Source: Octopus sinensis (taxonomy: Eukaryota). Taken from it: DNA of 64,000 nt. Positions 25,886-39,031 of the stretch are shown in pieces. The stretch spans positions 38,130,001 through 38,194,000 of the forward strand of contig NC_043010.1 in the NCBI RefSeq assembly GCF_006345805.1. Direction: 5' to 3'. Positions within the stretch are counted from its first letter, which is position 1; every line of letters begins with the position of its first letter. The notes beneath the pieces were generated by a model. The model ran no database searches. It saw only the letters and a program-made list of their open reading frames with translations, and was not told the origin of the DNA. The position numbers and the translations under genes were made by a program.

Positions 25886-26357
25886 TTGTTTAAACACTTG
25901 TTTCTCGTATGCAGTTTCTGCTTTTGTTGAAATATGAAAATGAGAATGTTGTTGTCACCGCGACGGCCCAACATTCTGAAGTTTAGCGCCAAAATTTGTT
26001 CTGTTCATAAGCCCTGTTAGAGAAGTTCTAGGAAGTTGCATCATGTGACTGCTCGATGCTGATAGGTCACGTGAAATGATTATGGCTAAGCCGTGGCTTT
26101 TACTCGTCTATATCAGTGGTTTGGTTTCGAATCTGCTACACAATAAACACATCTGAAGCAAAATTTTTTCATGGATCCTTAATATATTTAATATAGGCGC
26201 AGGAGTGGCTGTGTGGTAAGTAGCTTGCTTACCAGCCACATGGTTCCGGGTTCAGTCCCACTGTGTGGCATCTTGGGCAAGTGTCTTCTACTATAACCTC
26301 GGGCCGACTAAAGCCTTGTGAGTGGATTTGGCAGACGGAAACTGAAAGAGGCCCGTC

Positions 26358-26394
<37 letters not shown>

Positions 26395-26395
<1 letters not shown>

Positions 26396-28017
26396 CAAAA
26401 TTAGAGAATGGAGAAGAGAATTATTCTGCTAATTATTTAGATGTTAATTGTAATATTACTAATGGTTTACATGAACCCTATATTAAACCTAATTCTAACC
26501 TAATATACATTAACCGTTCAAGTAATCACCCCCCTCAAATTAAAAATGCACTAGTGAGGAGCATTAGTCAGAGAATTTCTAGTTTATCCTCAAACGAGGA
26601 AATTTTTAACAAACACTGTGATAGATACAATGCAGCATTACTTAAGGCAGGATATAAAAGTAAGATTTGGTTTATACCTAAGGGGAACCCCCCTAATGTA
26701 GGTAGAACTATCAGGAACAACACAAATAGATTTAGGATAATCAACAATATACATAAGAATTGTAAAAATGGAATATTTGATAACACCTATAATAAATGTA
26801 GAAGTGATGTTAACCTTGGAAAGGTGAACGGTAGCTCAAATAGATCCAAACATACGAGTAATAGTAGGAATATTAATAATAATATACAAATTAAAACTTA
26901 TGGTAGACATGATAATGGTAAAGTTTACTTGCGCAATAACCATGGTAATATTGATATAGATAAATATAATAATGACAGTGGTAAGAATAGTAATCCTATG
27001 AGTTGGTCTACGAATAGGATTTTTACAAATAACATTAATTCTATAGGCAATCCTAATTCTGATAAGGATACTCTTTGGTTAATTATCCCATATGCAATGC
27101 AGATTAAAACAAACATAGTGAGAGCTTTGCATAATGTTATTTTTAGGCATTTTGGTAAGGATAGGAATAAATTTAGTCCTTTAATTAACAACGGTACTGT
27201 TAGAGTGGGATATAGCATTACTCATAATCTAGCCACAATTATCTCCTCTTTTAATAACAAGAAACTGGATCACTTCTATAAGGATAGAAAATTGAATTTA
27301 GACCAGGAAAACTTGCCCCTCTTTATTAATAATAGGAATAGAAACTTTCTTGGAACAAATGGGAACAACCTCCTTACTAATAATGAGTGCACCATACCTG
27401 TCAGAGATAATATAAATGAAATAGATCATACTACTACTACCAATACTAGTACTAGTGATAGGAATATAGCCGATAATGTGAATTTAACTCATTCGTTGAT
27501 TTTGGGTTTGGATGATGATAACAATTGTAACACTTATAATGTGAATAGTAGTATAGGGGTGTTGTCCAATTTTAGATTTCCTCATTCTGTTAACCTTTGT
27601 AATTGCAGAAATAAAAATAAATGTGTATTTGGTAATCAATGCCTCAGGAAGGAGGTTGTTTACCAATGCACTGTAGATACACAATTGAGTAGTAGGGTGT
27701 ATATTGGGGCAACTATGAATAGCATAAAACAAAGATGGAATTATCACAGATATACTTTTAGGAATAAAAATAGAATGTACTCTACAGGGCTAAGTGCATA
27801 CATTTGGGAACTTAAAAATAAGAACTTAGATTTTAGATTAAACTGGAAAATACTAACTTCAGCACCTGTGTATAATGGAAAAAATAAAAAATGCTCTCTA
27901 TGTATTAATGAAATTTTCTTCATTATTAAAGCGGGTCGGCAAATTATTAACAACATTAATGAAAAAAACTTCTTTTGTATTCATAGGCTACCGTTCACCT
28001 TTTCTAGATTCAAATAG
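26395..28017 (+). CDS. PLE ORF C-terminal part: RT thumb and GIY-YIG endonuclease (540 aa, no start)
   Basis: NYLDV...PYIKPN...SNHPP...GY; CNC..C..GNQC Cys linker; VVY...YIG, QRWNYH, CSLCINE. The ORF-track N-terminus (26263-26394) is SINE and microsatellite. Confidence 0.9.
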
Positions 28018-29750
28018 AACTTAGCACTTCCACTATTTTTAATTTTTTAACTCCCTTCTTTAACTAAATATACCTGTGGTCTTCTATAATTTCTAAAGTA
28101 TACAATTTATATATTTTATAATTTTATAATTTTTACAGCTACATTTGTATAATAATTAATGGATGTGTCTAGTATTATTGGTTTCTTGTTTTTTGTATGT
28201 GGGTTTTTGTTTGTTTTTTAAGAGAATTGCAATATGACATAAAATAACATATTCATTTTGGTACTTGCCTTGTAATTTTGTGATTTTTGAAGTTTTCCAA
28301 TATTGCATAGTATATTACATAGTATATATATATATCTTGGGTAGATACCTAGCTCTGGATAATGTAATGATATTGTATAATATGTAATATATGAGAGCCT
28401 TTGTGAGTTTGGTGGGTTTAGGTTGAGATTATAGGTTTTTTGTATGTGTTTATTTGGAAGGTTTTTATTGTATATTTGGTCTTTTTGTACTCACCTTAAT
28501 TTGTATCTTATGCTATTCACTGATAAACCTTTTTCATTTTTTTCATTTTCTCATTTACATGCATTATGCTTTATAATTATTACCAGCCTCATATATTTAG
28601 TTTATATCTATAGTCTTCTGGATCGGTACTTTAAACTATCCTTCCATATATATTTACTTTCAACAATATAACATATATATTCAATCTACTTATTATTTTT
28701 TATTTATTTTCCATTTTATTGTAATATTATCAATTTTTGCATCTAGTCTTCTATTTATTTATTTATTTGCCTATTTAAGTGTAGATGTTTACATACATAT
28801 CAAGTCATCTAATTTGCTGCCTATTTATTTTTTACTTATTTACTTATACTGGGGTAGTTTTATATATACATATCTATCATTTATTTTTATTTAATTTTAA
28901 TAATATATGAATACATATATACTGGTTTGTACTTATAATTATATGTATAACCGTATTTTTCCTTCGTATTTATTCCTTCTTACTTATTTTATCTCTTTTC
29001 ACCTTAAGTCTTTATAATAGAAAATTTATTTAAAATTTCTGTGATGTTTCTCATAAGCGTTTACATTAATACTTCCCCTTCTATTCTTTAATGCCTAAAC
29101 TGGTATATTATGGCACTATATTTATTAAGTTAATAAGTGACTTATTTATAATATTTAAATTAATATACATTTTATATTTTATATTTTATAATTTAGCGTA
29201 CTTAAAACCATAACAAACTTACGATAAATCTAACAACCGTTTGTTTACTCTGCAACAAACCGGTGTTATAAATTTTAAGTTACCCATGAAATAAGTATCT
29301 GATTTAGTAACACACTGATATTTAAAATATATTTATATCTAAATTAAATATTTTATGAAATGCATGGATGGTTCTTCTTTTGTTATTGAGGCACAGTTAT
29401 TTTGAAGGACTAAATTGTAGCATAGTTACTTCCCTTTTTGTTTATCTATGTGCTAGTTGTTGCTTGTAATTATGTATGTGTATAAGTGTATACATATACA
29501 TATAACTATGGGTGTATGTGCGATTGATCTGTAGATGCGTGTGTGAATATTGGCGTTCCTTGACTAACCAACCGTATAATTTTCTTTTGTGATTTAAATT
29601 TCAAACCAATAGCCAATCGAATTAATCTATATTTTCTTTACCTAGTGGTCAGCATTTCTTAACTCATAGTTATTTCGATCTTGTAAGGATGGACTTGGTG
29701 CTAACTTAACTGTATCTATTTTTTTATTATATTTTTATATTTTTTTATTA

Positions 29751-29803
<53 letters not shown>

Positions 29804-30144
29804 AGTAATTTTTATTAGCTTTTATAACTTTAGAATCTTATGAACTGTACCACGGATTTAATTATTGTTTTTCATCTCCATATATGTTAGCTCTTTTTTA
29901 TATATTTTTTAAAAAAACTATTAGCCAAATATGTATAATATCGGTACTTATTGATATTAATATATACACTATTATATATTTTGTTTTATTTTGTTCTGTT
30001 TACCTTCCTTTTTTGTACAAATGTGTATTATATTATATAAGTGTAGCATTATGATGTATAAGTTTTTATATTTTACATTTTTATATTTTTATATTTATAT
30101 GTATATGATTGTATAATATTTTTCACTATTATAACAAATTTAAT

Positions 30145-30265
30145 TTAATTCTCTGAAGAGGCCGTGGGGCATCCTTGTTAATGCCTCATTTATACCTGCC
30201 TTTATGGCTTATAGGTTAAATGAGGTATGACTGTCCTCACTGCCGAAACAGCTGTCAGTTTTGAT
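30145..30265 (+). ncRNA. Type I hammerhead ribozyme in the PLE 3' repeat
   Basis: CTGAAGA 30153-30159, long stem II, GAAA 30245-30248, palindromic stem III ACAGCTGT, predicted GUC cleavage after 30256. Stem I is weak. Confidence 0.75.
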
Positions 30266-30629
30266 CTATTTGCATATCATATTTGAAAATTTTTTACTTA
30301 TATCTCTTTATCTTTTTACTATTACTGTATATCTCATTTCATTTTATGTATTGCCTTTACTAATATGTAATGGTGTATTAAAGTATGGATTGAGTTTCAT
30401 CGGATAGTTGATGTTTTACTGATTTAAGTATATTTCTCCATTCTCTAATTTTGTAGTATTAATTTACGGTAATATTATTACCTTTACCCATATAATGCAA
30501 TAGATGAACTGATTGTTTGACAATTTTTAACATCTATGTATTAATTTTGTTGGGTACCTATCTAGCAGTATATTGGATATATATTATCCCATGGTGGCTT
30601 GAATTTTCAACCCCTATCTCATTTTATAA

Positions 30630-30711
<82 letters not shown>

Positions 30712-30929
30712 TGTGTTTGTGTGTCTGTGTTTGTCCCCAAACATTGCTTGACAACCGATGGTGGTATGTTTACGTCCCCGTAACTTAGCGGTTCGGCAAA
30801 AGACCCCGATAGAATAAGTACTAGGCTTCCAGAGAATAAGTCCTGGGGTCGATTTATTCGACTAAAGGCGGTGCTCCAGCATGGCCACAGTCAAATGACT
30901 GACACAAATAAAAGAGTAAAAAGAGAGAT

Positions 30930-31029
30930 ACTGTTGTAGATCCCCAGCTTACTATTTTCTTTCCCTGGACTCCCCCAAAATCGTATATGGACCCCCAGGG
31001 GTCGTTTGGACTCCGGTTGAGAACCACTG
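30930..31029 (-). mobile_element. hAT/Charlie-type MITE end fragment
   Basis: Ends ggttgagaaccactg (reverse complement CAGTGGTTCTCAACC), a TIR type I recall for this group. No partner TIR found. Confidence 0.4.
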
Positions 31030-31699
31030 AGTTCAAAGACTGGGAGAGTCGAGAGACTGTCTATGCCTGCGCGTGGCTACATATGCCCTTAAAGACAATT
31101 AACGAAAGCGTGCTACATACTTCTTGATCATACTAGCCTGCCAGTGGCGGTTATAGTTAATTATGACGTCAAATCATTCGCCTAATATGTACAAAATGGT
31201 AATAAATATCTATTTTATGAATTGTTTTCAGTATATACCAATGATGAATGCATTTGAAATTACAATTATTGCTAATGATAATTTAAGATTATTTGAATAT
31301 TTTTAAAAAATGTCAGCCTTTAACAAATTACAATATAATATTTATATAATATTTGTAATGTTGCAATTACTTGCTTGGATCAATCTATGCAATCATATTT
31401 TTAATTGATATCCTTTGAACTGAATACATAAACGGCATTAATTAAAATATAACTTTGAACTAAATAAATATACAACATCAATAAACATGATTTTTTTTCC
31501 TGCTAATCATTCATAGATAACGATTATTAAACTTAGCTTCATTTTCTAAATACCTCGGCCGATTCTCGCAGTTTTATTACCTCCCCTGATTCTTTTTCGA
31601 AACTTATATACTACACGAGTATTCCCATTTGATTTTGAGAATAATGTGGCTAACAAAAGAAAGTGTATCACAGAAATATTAATGTAAAAAGAGAAATCA

Positions 31700-33020
31700 G
31701 ATTAGGTTTACCCGAAAGAAAAGCCTATGGAAAAGACCATAGTAACCTTGGGCAATATGTCATGCAAAAAACCACATTACAGTGACTCTTTTCTTTCTTT
31801 CTTTTTTTGGTTCATAGGATTATGCTCAAGTTGGAACCGTTATTCATACGTGCCATCCTTGCTACATTCACCCATCTTTTTTTGAAACATTCACTAGACA
31901 AGACTTACCGCTCTACTCTCACCTTCCTCTTCAAGTGATACTTGTAGAAGTTAATGAGAGATTGACCAGAGAGGAAAGTTCTTGTCTCTAAACCTTTCAG
32001 ACGCGTCCACCATACACATTATTTCGCCATAGCCACAAGTAGGGTGAAAATGGCTCTTCCTTCCCGTTTGAAGGAAGGAGGCGCGACAATATTCACGATA
32101 GACTCTGTTGATAAACTGACTTGTCCCACACGCTATAACAGTCGTTCGACATAGGCTCACAGGTCGGAAATGGTCGGACATTGTACGAGTGCGTGCAGGA
32201 CGGTTTCGTCGCTCTGACCGCATCTCGGGCAGGTCGGCCCCGTGTTTCTTGAGCCATGCCTGTAGAGCTTATCCCGAACGGTTAGCACTTCTCGATAGCA
32301 CTGCCAAGCCAGGGATCTCTGGAAGTTTTCTATAGGTCCCGACCCGAAAGTCGTCTTGAACAGGCAGGTCAGGTATTCCTCGTTGACGCCCGGGTTCGCC
32401 CCGAGATCGTCGTCGTACCTCCCCTCCACTAATCCCCTATAGAATGCTTTGGTTGTGTTGAAGTCGCTCGAGGTCGACCCGGGACGGCAAAGTTGCTTGA
32501 GAGCAACGCGACACTCGCGGTGCCATTCGCCCTTCCTCGGCCTCTTTTTGATCCACGACTGCAGTTCGGTCATGGAAACGAGCTGTTGTAAGCGCGCCTC
32601 ACAAACGGCGACCACACCTGTTCACCGTCGTCTACATAGAGCCGGAGATGTCGCAGTTTCAGCGCGTATCTCCGCATCATCAATCACGGCATGCCCAGTC
32701 TTCCTTTTAACGTATGTTGGCAGCCAACGGATCGCCTGACCATCGGAACGCATCCTTTCCACGAGAAGCGGAAGAGAATGCGCTCTAGTTTGGTGATGGT
32801 AGGGTCGGGACAAGGCACGACGGTCAGGCGGTAGTAGATGACGGACGCGATGTACGTGTTCACCACCTCCGCCGATTTTTTAGGGACAGCTTCCTCTCGG
32901 CCCATTGCCAGGCGAGAGTGACCACCCTACCCGTTATCTCGTTCCAGTTCTTCTCTGTTTGGAGGTCCGGACCAAACCAGACCCCGAGCAACTCGACCGG
33001 ACCGTCGGTCCAGCGTCTCA
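31700..33020 (-). mobile_element. 5'-truncated Tx1/L1-group LINE (RT thumb + C-terminal CCHC), decayed
   Basis: VELLGVWFG, KLERILFRFSWKG, GRLGMP, CPRCGQSDETVLHALVQC. Coding remnant ends at ~31812, with frameshifts. Confidence 0.85.
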
Positions 33021-33075
33021 TGACGAGATAAATAGATAGATGGACAGATAGCTAGACAGACAGACAGACAGACAC

Positions 33076-33160
<85 letters not shown>

Positions 33161-33185
33161 AAGGCTGGCAGAGAGACAGATAGAT
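33020..33185. repeat. (GATA)n/(GACA)n compound microsatellite
   Basis: Direct reading. Confidence 0.95.
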
Positions 33186-33488
33186 AATTGAATGTAGACA
33201 TGGACATATCGACACACACATGCATATATACACTCTCGAATATGCATACACACACGCACACTCACACATATGCGCGCGCGCACACACACACATCTATATT
33301 GTGGTGTGGTATATTCTTGGTTATAGCATATAATCAGTCAGAAAGTAACCGTTGGTTTTTGCGTCTGCAGTTACACTTGGCAATACAGACGACTCATCAG
33401 ACATGCTGACCGGAAGCACATAGCCTCTTTAATACTAGAGATAAATATACACAGTCTATTTCCTTATTTATAAATACAATTCAAACAT

Positions 33489-33765
33489 GTGTGTGTGCGT
33501 TGCGTCTCCTGGACTTAAAAAGAAAATATGTCACTCTTTTTGTCAAACAACTTGGCCACCCTTGATATGTAATATTAATAGGTGGTGGTCAAAATTAGAA
33601 CGCCTTTCACCACAGTATTATTTCACCACTGCCTAATAGCACTGTGTAAAAGGCGTTCTAATATTGACCACCACCTACTAATATTACAAGGGTGTCTAAC
33701 TTCTTTGACAAGAAGTGTGACATATTTCTATTTTACTTCCAGGAGTCGCAACACACACACACACA
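33489..33765. mobile_element. Foldback / MITE-like palindrome
   Basis: ~125 bp imperfect arms at 33489-33615 and 33641-33765 around a ~25 bp loop. Confidence 0.7.
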
Positions 33766-34404
33766 CACAGAAAGATAAACATTACCAACTACGGACGACT
33801 TAGTTTTGTATCGAAATCTTTGTCGCCGAAAATTTCGCTTGCGTATTCAAAATATTTAAGCATATTTTGTTCTAAATTCAATCTTTTTTCAATTTTTTTC
33901 TGATGTATTTTCAATTTAACGTGGATTTAATTTTTTTATTTGCTTACTTACTATTTTCAACTCAAATTACTTAAGCAATTATAAGTGATCACGCTTATCT
34001 CAAGAACAGGTGGGAAACGAAAACTTAAATTTGCGGAAAAAATATTTTCCGCTGTGTTTTTTTTCTCTTTTTGCAGATTCGTGATCTCTGATGTTTAAAA
34101 CGCGAATATAAAAAATCTAAATAAATATATAAAGAGTTACTGGGGCAGTGTTCATTGCACAATTTTGCCCAAAAACCAAGAACGAAAAGAGAAATAAATA
34201 GACAGATAGATGACACAGTCACATAAGAAAAAGACGATGCAATAACTAAGCAATGAAGAAGCACTGGCGTACAGAAAAAACCATAGAGGAGCAAAGAAGA
34301 AGCAAATTTATTACAGGGTCAGATCTGAAGAAATGGGTAACTTCAGTTTATGGACAACTGAAGCAAAAAATTGTAGCAAAATTGTATCTTTAAAAATTAC
34401 TTAA

Positions 34405-35755
34405 ATTTATTCCAGAAGTTTTGAAATTTTTTCAAGGAAGATATTTTTTTTAATTTTAAAAATGTATAATGCTCTAATCTCTTTCGAAGCAGAATTCTCA
34501 GACATCAATGCACTTTTTGTAGCGCTTCAGCATTTCGTGAAAGCTCTATGAAAGTCCTTCAAAGGGAAGGTAACCAGAACCCTTGACACTACCTCCTTCG
34601 TTTTCTCAGCGTCTTCAAAACGACTGTCTCTGAGGTTTTCCTTCAGCTTGGGAAAAAAACCAAGTCACAGAGCAAGGCCTGAATTGTAGGGAGGATGAAA
34701 GACAGCTTTGGAGTCAATTTCTGTCAAATAGTTTGTTATCAGAATGGAATTGTGGACTGGAACATTGTCCTGCAGCAGATGTACCACCGACCCAAGTGGA
34801 ATAGCTCTGGCTTTTTAAAACGAAGTCTCTTCCTAAACTCTCTCAAAGCATCTACAAAGTACTCTTTGTTGACTGTCTTGCCAGAGGAAATCCAGTGGAT
34901 GTAGATAGATAATGTCCTTGTTGCCGAAAAGGAGAATCACCATGAACTTCCCGGTGGACTTGTTTTCGCTGGCTTTCTTGAGTCTGGGGGAGTCAGCATT
35001 CTTCCACTGAGCAGTCTGACTCTTGGTCTCTGGATCATAAGAGTAGATTTAGCTTTCGTCACAGCCCACCAGAAACTCAAGTACTCTTGCATTGCCGGTA
35101 GTAATGATCTCATCCATCTCCATCTTGTCGTCAACACGTCTTTCCTTCTGTTCGTCACAGAGGACCCCGAGAAAAAAAAACTTTGCACATATTTTGCGCA
35201 TGTTCAGATCTTCGTGAATAATCTTGTGTTCTAGTTGCCGCACCATTTTCAAACTGTATGTCTATTGTCTTTATAAATACACACGACGGTCTTCACTCAG
35301 AAAATTGTAAATTTTCTCAACCAGCTTTGATGTTCTGACATCCCCCTCCCTCCCACATCCCTCATCATCCCTCATCTCCCCTATATCGTCCTTGAACCGC
35401 TTATGTCCATCGAAAAACATGCTTAGCCCACACAAGTTAATCCATAGGCAGTATGGAGCATTTCATAAGTCTCTGAAGCGTTTTTGTGTCTAGTTTAACA
35501 CAAGACTTTATTGCATAACAATCTTCCAAATTGATTTCACGTCTCGACTGCATTTAGGAAACTAGTCTGTGAAAAGCAGTGGTGGATAGGGTGTATTCAA
35601 TCTGGAATAACAAAAATTGGTAGGTCAGCTTATTAGATGTAATGATATATTATAGTAATGATATATTAAATTACAATGATATATTAAATTTACAATAATC
35701 TAGAACAGTTATAACTACGTCTCCTAAACAGTCTCAAACTTTCTGGAACTCATTT
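34405..35755 (-). mobile_element. Decayed mariner (IS630-Tc1-mariner), near full length
   Basis: EDLNMRKICAKF, GCDESWI..YDP, WKNADSPRLKKA, FFPKLKENLR. Degenerate TIRs (ttccagaa.gttt) near both ends; length ~1.35 kb. Confidence 0.85.
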
Positions 35756-35914
35756 TGTAATACAATTTGCAAATAATTGTGTCTAGAAATAAATGCAGTT
35801 CACCATATTCTCATTTGGTTTCATTATTATTATTCAATGCATTTAAGATATTTTATATCATTATTGATGGCGCATGTATTCTCGTGAGTATGTACATAAA
35901 ACCATACATTCAAA

Positions 35915-36238
35915 TGGCACTCTGTCGGTCACGACGACGAGGGTTCCAGTTGATCTGATCAATGCAACAGCCTGCCCTTGAAATTAGCGTGCAAGTGGCT
36001 GAACACACCACAGAGACGCGTAACCTTAACGTAGTGCCCGGGGAGATTCAGCGTGATACAGGATATGAAAAGGCCTGCCCTTTGAATTACATGTTTAACT
36101 CAATTTTGCCAGCTGAGTGGACTGGGGCAACGTGAAATAAAGAGCCTTGCTCAAAGACACAATGCACCGCCGGGATTTGAACTCACATCATTACGATCGT
36201 GAGTCGAATGTACTAACCACTGAGCCACACGCCTTCAC
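35915..36238 (-). mobile_element. SINE head D + tail I
   Basis: Reverse complement of the 18845-19165 type. Confidence 0.8.
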
Positions 36239-36269
36239 TTACATACATACATACATACATACAGACAGA

Positions 36270-37009
36270 CAGACAGACAGTGACGCTCTTGTAATCCCAA
36301 GGTGCAACCGCATGTGTAGGCTATGTCATGTTTCTGTTGAAGACATTACGCATGTGATTAACAGCTGTCCTAAAATGTAGTCATGGGATTACCTCAGCAT
36401 GCGGCATAATGTTGTTACAAAAACAATTTCCAATGTCATCCGCAAAAAGACTGTCCTGAAATAAACTTAGAAAATCCCTCTGTTATGGCATACATTCATA
36501 AACACCAACTCAAGGAATACTGGGGGAGTATTCCCATCAAAACTTCTGTCAAATGTAAGCATAACAAGCCGGATATTGCTGTTTGGGACAGAAGGGCAAA
36601 GGTATGTACCGTCATAGAGGTCAGTTGCCCTGCAGATGTAAATATCTCTTTGAAAATCAAAGAAAAAGAGGATATCTATGGACAATTGCCGCGAAACCTC
36701 CAGCTTCTATATCCAGACTATGAATTCATATTCATACCAATAATAATTGGAACATTAGGTTTTGTTAGTAAATGCTTAAAGGAGAATCTGGATAAACTGG
36801 GATTTTCGGAAAGAGAACTCGACCGGTTAATTCGTACATTACAAGTGCAATCTGTAAGTGGAACATTAAAAATATGCAAAACTTTTCTCAAGTTCCAAAT
36901 GTGAATTTGTCTGTGTTAACTACATCCTACAGACGGGGTCTTGTATCTTTGTCGGAAACCGGCTCCCACCCCAGTGGAAGATTTATAACAATTAAATAAT
37001 AGAAGAAAC

Positions 37010-37010
<1 letters not shown>
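36270..37010 (+). mobile_element. 5'-truncated R4/Dong-clade LINE (CCHC + restriction-like endonuclease)
   Basis: CRLCHVSVEDITHVINSC; HNKPDIAVW...IEVSCP (PD-(D/E)xK); GTLKICKTFLKF stop at 36904; 3' UTR followed by (TACA)n. Confidence 0.9.
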
Positions 37011-37040
<30 letters not shown>

Positions 37041-37054
37041 CATACATACATACA

Positions 37055-37087
<33 letters not shown>

Positions 37088-37990
37088 GCATGCATGCATA
37101 CATACATACATAAACACATACATACATACATACATACCTTTTTTTACTCGCTTCAGTCATTGGGCTGCAGCCATGCCAGGATACCACCTTGAAAGGTTTA
37201 GTCGAACCAACTGACCACGGTACTAATTGTTTGACCTTAGTACTTGCTCAAACCAACTCTTATGCCGAACCGCTAAGTTACGAGAACGTGAACCATTCAG
37301 CACTGATTATGAAGCGATGGGGGAAGAGTGCGAAGACACATACATACATACATACATACATACATACATACATACATACATACATACATACATACATACA
37401 TACATACATACATGCATACATACATCAGTGAAAAAGAATATCTACGCTGAACTATTGAGGAATCTACAGCTACTCTATCCAAATTGCAAGTCAGGTTTAT
37501 ACCTGTAATTATTAGGGTCCTGGGATATGTAACACACTGCCTAAATACCAATCTTGAGAAATTAGGCTTCTCAGAACCAGAGAGGAGAAAACTAATTCGA
37601 AGACTACAGATCCATTCATCACTGGAGCTGTAAAAATCTATAAAACATACATAAGGAATAGATACATAAAAAAGCTTACAATGCACATATACATACATAC
37701 ATACTACATACATACATACATACATACATACATACATACATACATACATACATACATACATGCATGCATGCATACATACATACATACATACATACATGCA
37801 TGCATGCATACATACATACATACATACATACATACATACATGCATGCATGCATGCTACATACATACCATACATACATACATACATACATACATAAACATA
37901 TACATACATACATACATACATACATCCATACATACATACATACATACATACATACATACATACATACATACATACATACGTATGTATGTA
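37011..37990. repeat. (TACA)n arrays interleaved with a SINE-A 3' half (37135-37340) and a Dong fragment
   Basis: Direct reading. Confidence 0.9.
37428..37680 (+). mobile_element. R4/Dong 3' fragment 2
   Basis: NIYAELLRNLQLLYP...NLEKLGFSEPERRKLIRRLQ...GAVKIYK, a paralog of 36670-36900. (TACA)n on both sides. Confidence 0.85.
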
Positions 37991-38179
37991 TGTACGTACA
38001 ATCACACACACATTATATTTTTACAAGAAGAGGGGTGCCAGTGACTTCGAAGTACCAATCAATTACTGCGGTAGATGTAACTGACTGAGCCCCTCCCCTC
38101 AACGCTTATGTTAGAAGCAATTTATGCCTCTCAATTCTGTAAGTTCATTTCAAATCAATCTTTTTATAATATTAATTCC

Positions 38180-38360
38180 GGTAAAAATGCAACGGCAAAA
38201 TGCTTCCGTTTTCAAATTCAGCTGAGGTCGACTTTGTATTTCATCCTTTCAGGGTCCATGAAATAAGTTCCTATTGAACACTGGGATCAATGTAATCGAC
38301 TCACCCCTTCCCAACAAAATTGCTGGCCGAGTGCCAAAATTTGAAACCAATATTAATTTC
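38180..38360 (+). mobile_element. Diverged SINE-B
   Basis: ttcaaattcagctgaggtcgactttg...tcatcctttcagggtc. Confidence 0.65.
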
Positions 38361-39031
38361 GGTTATTAGGGCTTAATTGTAAAGTTTTCTACAAACAAAC
38401 AAAACCTGTATAAGAGACTTTTTTGAATTTTAGGTTTTTAACGAAACTTTCTGATGGCCCTACCCCGGTGTGTATATAAGTAGTAAATGTTTTTACGACA
38501 GCTTGTCTTTTAGTTTCCTCTGATGATGGCAAGTGATCGCTCTGTGTACTTTTGTATTAATTTCAAGAAACGCAGGACTGGCACCGGTGAAGGCACTGGC
38601 GTCATATATGCTTTCATATACATAACTATGTCCATTTGCGTTAGTTCATTATATATACGCACACAGGCACGCATGCAGGCACACACACACACACGTACAT
38701 ACAAATCCTCATACGTTCGTACATATATACGAATATATACAAGTATATATGAATATATATCTATATTAATAAGATACATCTATATATATATATATGTATA
38801 TATACATATGCATATGTATTTATATACATATATGTATATAAATAAACATACACATACATACATGTGCATATGTATATACAAATACAAGCATATAATATCT
38901 ATTACACACACGCACTCACACACATGTATATATCTATGCATGTATCATTTATTTTTATCAGTTTATTAAACAAATATATAAATAAATATCCAATATCAAA
39001 GCTTATTTTTGTTTGTCTTTGTTTGCTCCAG

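Larger units (their letters stand above)
26394..30631 (+). mobile_element. 5'-truncated Penelope-like element, Neptune-type
   Basis: RT-thumb + Cys linker + GIY-YIG ORF, ~2.6 kb AT-rich 3' region containing an HHR, (TA)n on both sides. Confidence 0.9.
26195..30925 (+). mobile_element. SINE-A split by the Penelope-like insertion
   Basis: Head 26195-26360 + (TA)n on the left. (TA)n(TG)n + 3' half 30632-30925 on the right. Confidence 0.85.

Noticed and set aside
26263-26394. N-terminus of the 584-aa ORF as a real start
   Set aside because: It is a SINE-A head plus (TA)n that happens to be in frame with the truncated PLE ORF.
38516-38605. CTGATGA...GAAACGC...GCGTC HHR-like arrangement
   Set aside because: Stem III is plausible but stems I and II do not pair.
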